Source of the DNA: an uncultured Clostridiaceae bacterium | GTDB lineage: Bacteria > Bacillota > Clostridia > TANB77 > CAG-465 | Assembly (NCBI GenBank): GCA_964371585.1 | Contig: CAYJMD010000005.1 | Span: 8,072-72,071, forward strand | Length of the DNA stretch: 64,000 bases | Reading direction: 5' to 3' | Part shown: piece by piece, positions 58,554-64,000 of the stretch | Numbering within the stretch: the first letter of the stretch is position 1 | Layout: the number at the start of each line of letters is the position of its first letter | The notes under the pieces: generated by a model | Database searches by the model: none | What the model was told of the DNA's origin: nothing | The model's input: only the letters and a program-made list of their open reading frames with translations | Translations under genes and position numbers: made by a program

Positions 58554-59750
58554 TTACTTTTCTGTTACATCCATAACATAAGTAAAACCATAATCTAGAA
58601 CTCCTGAAATACCAAGTTCAGGATCCAATTCTGCTGAAGTTTTAGTAGCAAAATCGTATACATATTTAAATTCATTTCCTGAATATATGATAGCTGTTGT
58701 ATCTATCTTATCACTATATTTAATTATATCTGTTGTATTTAGATTTTTAAAACTTTTATCTGTTTTTTGACTAGTTTTTAAATCATACATTGTAAATACT
58801 CCTGGAACTTCTTGTAATAATAAAAATTCTTCTTCCCCGCTTGTATTAACAAAAATCATATCTTCGTCCATATCAAGTAGACCTGTAACCATTAGTTCTC
58901 CAGTCATGTCATATATTTTTGTAACTATATCTTCTTTGCTTTGAATTATATAATTTGCTGTAACAGTAAAGTCAAAACCATTATCTACTTTAATAAATTT
59001 CTGATCTTGATTAAATACAAATGTCTCAGAGTTTTTAACTATTAGTAATGATTCTTCGAAATCTTTTGGTTTACTAATAGTTTGCTCAGCAAAATCAATA
59101 ATTATACTTTCTTTTTCATCAATAACAGCTTGTTTAGCATCTTCTTTTGATGTAACTATATACTGTTTGTATCCATCAACTGTTTCATAATCTAATAAAA
59201 CAACTTTCTCATATTTATCTTCTAAAGCTTCAAAAGTACTACCTTCTGTAATCGTTCTAGCTACTGAAATCTCTAAAAAATTATATATTTCACTTAAACT
59301 AACAAAGTCTTTAGTTGTATACAACGTTCCATCTAGAGAATAAATTCTGTATATAGAACTAGATTCAGTTAATTTGTATTGAAGTACAAAATATGGCTGT
59401 AGTTTATTTTCAGCATCATATAGTGGTATAGCTTGTGTTTCTTTACTATCTAAAGCTACACTTGATTTTTTATCTAGAAAAACAAAGTAACTAGAATTTT
59501 CTCCTCTTACATATGCAGTATCTTCAATTCTAAGAATAGTACTGTATATTGGTGTTGCAAGCACTTCTCCACTTGTGTTTGCTATTCCCATTCCACTTAA
59601 TGAATTTGTTATATAATAAATATCATCACTAATATCAATAACATTTCTATTTAAATATGGGATTATATATATTGTTACTAACACATAAACTGCTACAATA
59701 ATTGTAACAAATATTATTGAAAGTAAGATTGTTGTTCTTTTATCAAACAT
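58554..59750 (-). CDS. Hypothetical membrane-anchored protein (398 aa)
   Basis: N-terminal TM, then a large Thr/Tyr/Asp-rich, probably beta-rich, extracytoplasmic domain. Own terminator (rc of ~58505-58535) before the pilus promoter. Confidence 0.55.
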   Translation of the reverse strand: MFDKRTTILLSIIFVTIIVAVYVLVTIYIIPYLNRNVIDISDDIYYITNSLSGMGIANTSGEVLATPIYSTILRIEDTAYVRGENSSYFVFLDKKSSVALDSKETQAIPLYDAENKLQPYFVLQYKLTESSSIYRIYSLDGTLYTTKDFVSLSEIYNFLEISVARTITEGSTFEALEDKYEKVVLLDYETVDGYKQYIVTSKEDAKQAVIDEKESIIIDFAEQTISKPKDFEESLLIVKNSETFVFNQDQKFIKVDNGFDFTVTANYIIQSKEDIVTKIYDMTGELMVTGLLDMDEDMIFVNTSGEEEFLLLQEVPGVFTMYDLKTSQKTDKSFKNLNTTDIIKYSDKIDTTAIIYSGNEFKYVYDFATKTSAELDPELGISGVLDYGFTYVMDVTEK

Positions 59751-59810
59751 TTTACCACCTCATCATAATTATATTATCACATAAAAAAATTTTTTTCAAT
59801 ATAATTCAAT

Positions 59811-59840
59811 AAAAAAATTAAGAGCTTGCAACTCTTAATT
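59811..59840 (-). terminator. Rho-independent terminator after scpA
   Basis: Minus strand AATTAAGAG-TTGCAAG-CTCTTAATT followed by T7. Confidence 0.65.
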
Positions 59841-59854
59841 ATTTTTATACTATT

Positions 59855-60667
59855 TTACTCAAAAATACCTTGATTTAAATTTTCTTTATTTTTCATGTTA
59901 AAATTTTCATTTTTTGAGACATTAATATCTCCAAATTGATATTCTTGCTCTAGCTTTATTTTTTTTAATTTATTTAATTCTAACACACTTAAAAAACCTG
60001 TAACTATATGAGTATTATTAAATTTATTATTATCAAAATACTTATTAAAAACAAATTTGTCTTTAATAGCTAAGTAATTTATTATCTCTGCAGCTTTTTC
60101 TTTAACTGTAACTTTTTCGTGTATTGCTATTTTTTCAATTTCCTTTGCTTTAATATTTATTTTATTTTCATTTCTAGCTAAAATTTCTAAATAAATTTTA
60201 TTTAAATCTTTTGATTTAAATTTATCACCAGAATACTCAATCTGTTTAATAAACCTAATTTTTTCCATAGGTTTTAAAAATGTTCCAAATCCATTTTGAT
60301 AATTCAATGCAATTATATTTGAAACTTCTTTATATTTTTTATATTCTAATATTCTAGCAATCATTTCTTCTTCAGATATTTCTTCTTCATCGTCATTGTC
60401 TGTAATTTCCGGCAATAATTTTCTGGATTTAATATTAACTAAAGTTGAAGCCATAACTATAAATTCACTTGCTATATCCATATTGAATTTTGACATTCCA
60501 TCTAAATATTCTAAATATTTATCTGTTATTTCACTAAGATTAAGCTCAAAAATATTCATTTTATTTTTGCAAATAAGAAACAATATTAAATCTAAAGGAC
60601 CTTCAAATTCATTAATTTTCAATTTAAATTCTGATGATTCTATTTTAATTATACTAGTAGTAGACAT
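59855..60667 (-). CDS. scpA: Segregation and condensation protein A
   Basis: 270 aa. FEGPLDLILFLICKNKMNIFELNLSEITDKYLEYL is a typical ScpA N-terminus. Confidence 0.85.
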   Translation of the reverse strand: MSTTSIIKIESSEFKLKINEFEGPLDLILFLICKNKMNIFELNLSEITDKYLEYLDGMSKFNMDIASEFIVMASTLVNIKSRKLLPEITDNDDEEEISEEEMIARILEYKKYKEVSNIIALNYQNGFGTFLKPMEKIRFIKQIEYSGDKFKSKDLNKIYLEILARNENKINIKAKEIEKIAIHEKVTVKEKAAEIINYLAIKDKFVFNKYFDNNKFNNTHIVTGFLSVLELNKLKKIKLEQEYQFGDINVSKNENFNMKNKENLNQGIFE

Positions 60668-61392
60668 TAATTTTTCTCCTCTAATATTGCTGTTTCTAAA
60701 GCTATTTCAATCATATCACCTAAAGCTTTTTCTCTATCTTCAGTAGATACTAAAGTTTTTTTAGTATGAGAATCAACTACAGAAACAAGACAAGCAGCTC
60801 TTTTATTTAAAACTTTAGCTAAATGAAATAATGCAAATGATTCCATTTCAGCTCCTATTACGTTGATGTTTTCTGGAATTCTATCTAATAAACCTTCAAT
60901 ATCTATATAATAATCAAAACCGTCACTAGTTAAAATAGTTCCTCTTGTAACTTTTTTATTAAGTCTACTTGCAGTTTGAGAGAGTTTATCTGTTAAATCC
61001 TTTGTAGAACTGATAAGATTATCCCTACACCCATTAAATGTAAGTGCAAAATTACTTTCACTATATGAATTGTCTGCAAGTATAACATCTAATAAATCTA
61101 AATCATCTGAATAGGCTCCACACGAACCTATTCTTATAATAGTTTCAACATCGTAAAACTTATATAATTCATATGCATATATCCCTATACTTGGCATACC
61201 CATTCCACTACCCATTACTGATATTTTTATACCTTTATAAGTTCCTGTATAACCAAACATATTTCTAACTTCATTGAAACATACTACATTTTCTAAATAT
61301 TTTTCAGCAATATATTTTGCTCTAAGTGGATCGCCAGGCATTAAAACTACCTTAGCTATGTCTCCTTGTTTTGCTGTGTTATGTGGTGTCAT
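60667..61392 (-). CDS. deoD: Purine nucleoside phosphorylase DeoD-type
   Basis: 241 aa. TPHNTAKQGDIAKVVLMPGDPLRAKYIAEKYL ... GSCG ... GAEMESFALF. Confidence 0.92.
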   Translation of the reverse strand: MTPHNTAKQGDIAKVVLMPGDPLRAKYIAEKYLENVVCFNEVRNMFGYTGTYKGIKISVMGSGMGMPSIGIYAYELYKFYDVETIIRIGSCGAYSDDLDLLDVILADNSYSESNFALTFNGCRDNLISSTKDLTDKLSQTASRLNKKVTRGTILTSDGFDYYIDIEGLLDRIPENINVIGAEMESFALFHLAKVLNKRAACLVSVVDSHTKKTLVSTEDREKALGDMIEIALETAILEEKN

Positions 61393-61403
61393 AAATCTTC
61401 CTC

Positions 61404-61811
61404 CTATATTTTAAATCCTCTTCTATACAAATAGTTTTTTATCTGAATTTCATCTTTATTTTTAAGTTTTCCTTGTACTAATTTTTCAACAACTTTACCT
61501 TCATAATCTCCACTTCTAATAGCTATTATTTCTGGTGAATTTAAATCTAAATAAATACCTTTAATTTTTAGTTTTTGAATTATTTCGAAAACTGAGTATT
61601 TTTTAGAAGCAATGTTCTGTCTAATATAAGATTTAATATATTCTTTATCATCTATGTATTCTAATTTTTTTAAATACTCTGTAACATTACTTATTATATC
61701 CTCATCATACCCTTTTAATTTAAGTTTAGATCTAACTTCATGCTCTGTTTTTTTACTTATACCAATATATTTTATAGCTTTAAATCTAGCTTCTTCAAAT
61801 AGATTAGTCAT
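61404..61811 (-). CDS. recX: RecX-like regulatory protein (short form)
   Basis: 135 aa of repeated three-helix units ([36 protein letters not shown]). Overlaps the recA stop by 8 nt. Confidence 0.7.
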   Translation of the reverse strand: MTNLFEEARFKAIKYIGISKKTEHEVRSKLKLKGYDEDIISNVTEYLKKLEYIDDKEYIKSYIRQNIASKKYSVFEIIQKLKIKGIYLDLNSPEIIAIRSGDYEGKVVEKLVQGKLKNKDEIQIKNYLYRRGFKI

Positions 61812-62862
61812 CTATTTCATCATCTTCTTCTAGCTCATCAGCAGAAAGCATTTCTCCCATACTTTTTTCAAAAGCTACTGAATAATTATCTCTCACTTTT
61901 TTAGCAACTTCATCCATAATATTTTTATTATCTAATAAATATTGTTTTGCATTTTCTCTACCTTGGCCTATTTTTTGCCCATTATAAGAGAACCATGCTC
62001 CTGCTTTATTTACTATATCTAAATTAACAGCTAAATCTAATATACATCCTTCATTTGAAATACCTTTTCCATAAACTATATCGAACTCTGCTTCTCTAAA
62101 TGGAGGCGCTACTTTATTTTTAATTATTTTAACTTTTGTTCTATTTCCTAAAACTTCACCATTAACTTTTATAGCTTCTTGCTTTCTTATATCAAGTCTA
62201 ACTGACGAATAGAATTTTAAAGCTCTACCACCAGGAGTAGTTTCTGGGTTACCAAACATTATACCAACTTTTTCTCTTAATTGATTTATGAATATTGCAA
62301 CTGTTTTAGATTTACTAAGAACACCTGTTAGTTTTCTTAAAGCTTGTGACATAAGTCTAGCCTGAAGTCCTATATGACTATCTCCCATTTCACCATCAAT
62401 TTCAGCCTTAGGCACAAGTGCTGCAACAGAATCCACTACAACTAAATCAACTGCTCCACTACGAATTAATTGTTCAGTTATTTCTAAAGCTTGTTCTCCT
62501 GTATCAGGTTGAGATACAATTAAATTATCTACATCCACACCAAGATTTTTAGCATATACAGGATCTAGTGCGTGTTCTGCATCTATAAAAGCAGCTATAC
62601 CACCTTGTTTTTGTGCTTCTGCAATTGCATGTAAAGCCACTGTTGTTTTTCCAGAAGATTCTGGCCCATATATTTCAATAATTCTTCCACGAGGGAACCC
62701 ACCAATTCCTAGAGCTATATCTAAGCTGAGTGCACCTGTAGAAATAGAGTCTATATTAACACTTGAAACTTCACCTAATTTCATTACAGAACCTTTACCA
62801 AAATTCTTTTCAATTTGTGCCATAGCTATTTCTAAGGCTTTTTTTCTTTCTTCACTAACCAT
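61804..62862 (-). CDS. recA: Recombinase RecA
   Basis: Walker [20 protein letters not shown]1/L2 loop regions, acidic C-terminus. Start set to ATG 62862 ([11 protein letters not shown]..., SD AAGGAGGAA). The track start at 62952 is upstream of the promoter. Confidence 0.97.
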   Translation of the reverse strand: MVSEERKKALEIAMAQIEKNFGKGSVMKLGEVSSVNIDSISTGALSLDIALGIGGFPRGRIIEIYGPESSGKTTVALHAIAEAQKQGGIAAFIDAEHALDPVYAKNLGVDVDNLIVSQPDTGEQALEITEQLIRSGAVDLVVVDSVAALVPKAEIDGEMGDSHIGLQARLMSQALRKLTGVLSKSKTVAIFINQLREKVGIMFGNPETTPGGRALKFYSSVRLDIRKQEAIKVNGEVLGNRTKVKIIKNKVAPPFREAEFDIVYGKGISNEGCILDLAVNLDIVNKAGAWFSYNGQKIGQGRENAKQYLLDNKNIMDEVAKKVRDNYSVAFEKSMGEMLSADELEEDDEIDD

Positions 62863-62901
62863 TTTAAATTCCTCCTTATGTACAAACATTTGTTTGATTA
62901 T

Positions 62902-62930
62902 ATTATATACTGTATTTTTTTGTTTGTCAA
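62902..62930 (-). promoter_or_regulatory. Sigma-A promoter of recA-recX
   Basis: Minus strand TTGACA (rc of 62925-62930), 17-nt spacer, TATAAT (rc of 62902-62907). Confidence 0.6.
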
Positions 62931-62950
62931 TACTAAAATGAAATTTAAAC

Positions 62951-62962
62951 AAACTTTTGTTC
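62951..62962 (-). promoter_or_regulatory. Candidate LexA (Cheo/SOS) box upstream of the recA promoter
   Basis: Minus strand GAACAAAAGTTT, one mismatch from the Firmicute GAAC-N4-GTTC core. ~20 nt upstream of the -35. Confidence 0.45.
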
Positions 62963-63097
62963 TTTTTTCATTTTAAAATATTTTGTCTTTTGTTTAATAT
63001 GTTAGCTTTAGGGATATTATATACTATATATATTTTTTTTGCAAGCTATTTAAAAAAAACAAAAAAAGTTGGCAATCTACTACCAACTTCTACAATT

Positions 63098-64000
63098 TTA
63101 TTGTTCTAATCTTCTTTTTATTTTCATCGTAGTTGTCTTTTCAAAACTACCTTCTTTAATTTCAAAATCTTTAATCGCTTTATATGACACAACTTTTTGA
63201 TTTATTTTTTTTATTTCATTCCATATAAGCTTTTTAATTTCTTCTTCTGTAATATCTGTACTTCTATATTTTTCTTTAATATATTCTTCATCAAGTATTA
63301 ATTTAGCTTTAACTATAAGATGATTATTATCACCGGAACCGTAAACCATAGATTCAAGTACATATGGTATTCTATTTATTAGATTTTCAAGTTCTTCAGG
63401 ATAAATATTTTTACCATTACTAGTAACAATTACATTTTTACATCTACCTGATATTACTAAATCACCTTTATTATCAAAATATCCAATATCACCTGTATAA
63501 AACCAGCCTTTTTTCATAACTTTTTCAGTTTCTTCTTCATCTTCATAATAACCTAACATCACATTAGGTCCAGAAACCATTATTTCACCAGTATTTTCAA
63601 TTTCGTCTGATTTCAAATCTATTCTAACTTCAACTGACTTTAAGGGTATACCTACAGTTCCAGCTCGTCTTGAATGTAGTAAATTAGAAGATATAAGTGG
63701 TGATGTTTCAGTAAGACCATAACCTTGCAGAACTGTAAAACCATAACCTTCCATAGCTTCTATCGTTTCTTTATCCGTAGCTGCTCCACCAACAATGATA
63801 TATTTAAGTCTTCCACCAAATCCATCATGAATGTTTTTAAAAATTTGTTTTTTCAAATCTATTTTAACTTTAGTTAATACATTAGTAATGTTTTTAGCTA
63901 TACTTACTGCTTCTTCTTTCTTTTGTAATCTTATATTCTTTTCTATTTTTTTTCTTATATTATCTAATAACAATGGAACACAACAAAATACATCTGGTGT
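63098..64000 (-). CDS. AMP-dependent acyl-CoA synthetase/ligase (long-chain fatty-acid--CoA ligase-like), partial; N-terminus beyond window end
   Basis: C-terminal half of an adenylate-forming enzyme: GYGLTETSP, TGDIGYFDNKGDLVISGRCKNVIVTSNGKNIYPEELE, terminal KIKRR. The reading frame stays open upstream of the track's Met to position 64000. Confidence 0.85.
   Translation of the reverse strand, partial: TPDVFCCVPLLLDNIRKKIEKNIRLQKKEEAVSIAKNITNVLTKVKIDLKKQIFKNIHDGFGGRLKYIIVGGAATDKETIEAMEGYGFTVLQGYGLTETSPLISSNLLHSRRAGTVGIPLKSVEVRIDLKSDEIENTGEIMVSGPNVMLGYYEDEEETEKVMKKGWFYTGDIGYFDNKGDLVISGRCKNVIVTSNGKNIYPEELENLINRIPYVLESMVYGSGDNNHLIVKAKLILDEEYIKEKYRSTDITEEEIKKLIWNEIKKINQKVVSYKAIKDFEIKEGSFEKTTTMKIKRRLEQ

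Noticed and set aside
1-64000. CRISPR arrays, rRNA genes, IS elements or transposases
   Set aside because: No regularly spaced direct repeats, no rRNA-like conserved segments and no transposase-like ORFs were seen in any frame.

Overview
Very AT-rich window from an endospore-forming Firmicute of class Clostridia. The taxon is inferred from PolC, an alpha/beta-type SASP, and SpoIID, an M23 SpoIIQ-like protein and SpoIIID. Almost all genes are on the minus strand and tightly packed. Most are housekeeping: hpf, polC, rseP (frameshifted), cdsA, frr, tRNA-Leu(UAA), secDF, tsf, rpsB, ftsH, tilS, dnaB, rplI, gdpP, rsmA, tcdA, a U32 protein, yqeG, tyrS, a two-component system, xerD-like, scpA, deoD, recX, recA and a partial acyl-CoA ligase. 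Non-housekeeping content is: (i) a ~600-nt ORF-free, GC-enriched, inverted-repeat-rich intergenic region (28.2-28.85 kb) with its own consensus promoter. It reads straight into a small Lys-rich 4-TM protein, an architecture like the OLE RNA/OapA ribonucleoprotein but outside its usual operon context. (ii) A self-contained promoter-to-terminator three-gene module encoding an orphan VirD4/TraG-type coupling ATPase plus two unknown small proteins (17.35-20.26 kb), with no relaxase, VirB4 or integrase in the window. (iii) A Clostridia-style type IV pilus operon (48.9-58.4 kb: pilMN, pilO, pilin-like genes, pilB, pilT, pilC). Most of its pilin-like proteins lack Glu+5. Its in-cluster prepilin-peptidase gene is reduced to the N-terminal Cys-motif domain fused in frame to a pilin, while a stand-alone A24 catalytic domain sits 13 kb away. 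(iv) A ~17 kb break of the conserved rpsB-tsf...frr-cdsA-rseP-polC array, containing the tRNA, a compositionally atypical hypothetical gene and an ABC-2 transporter. No CRISPR array, rRNA, transposase or prophage was seen. All family calls rest on motif recognition by eye. No database search was run.
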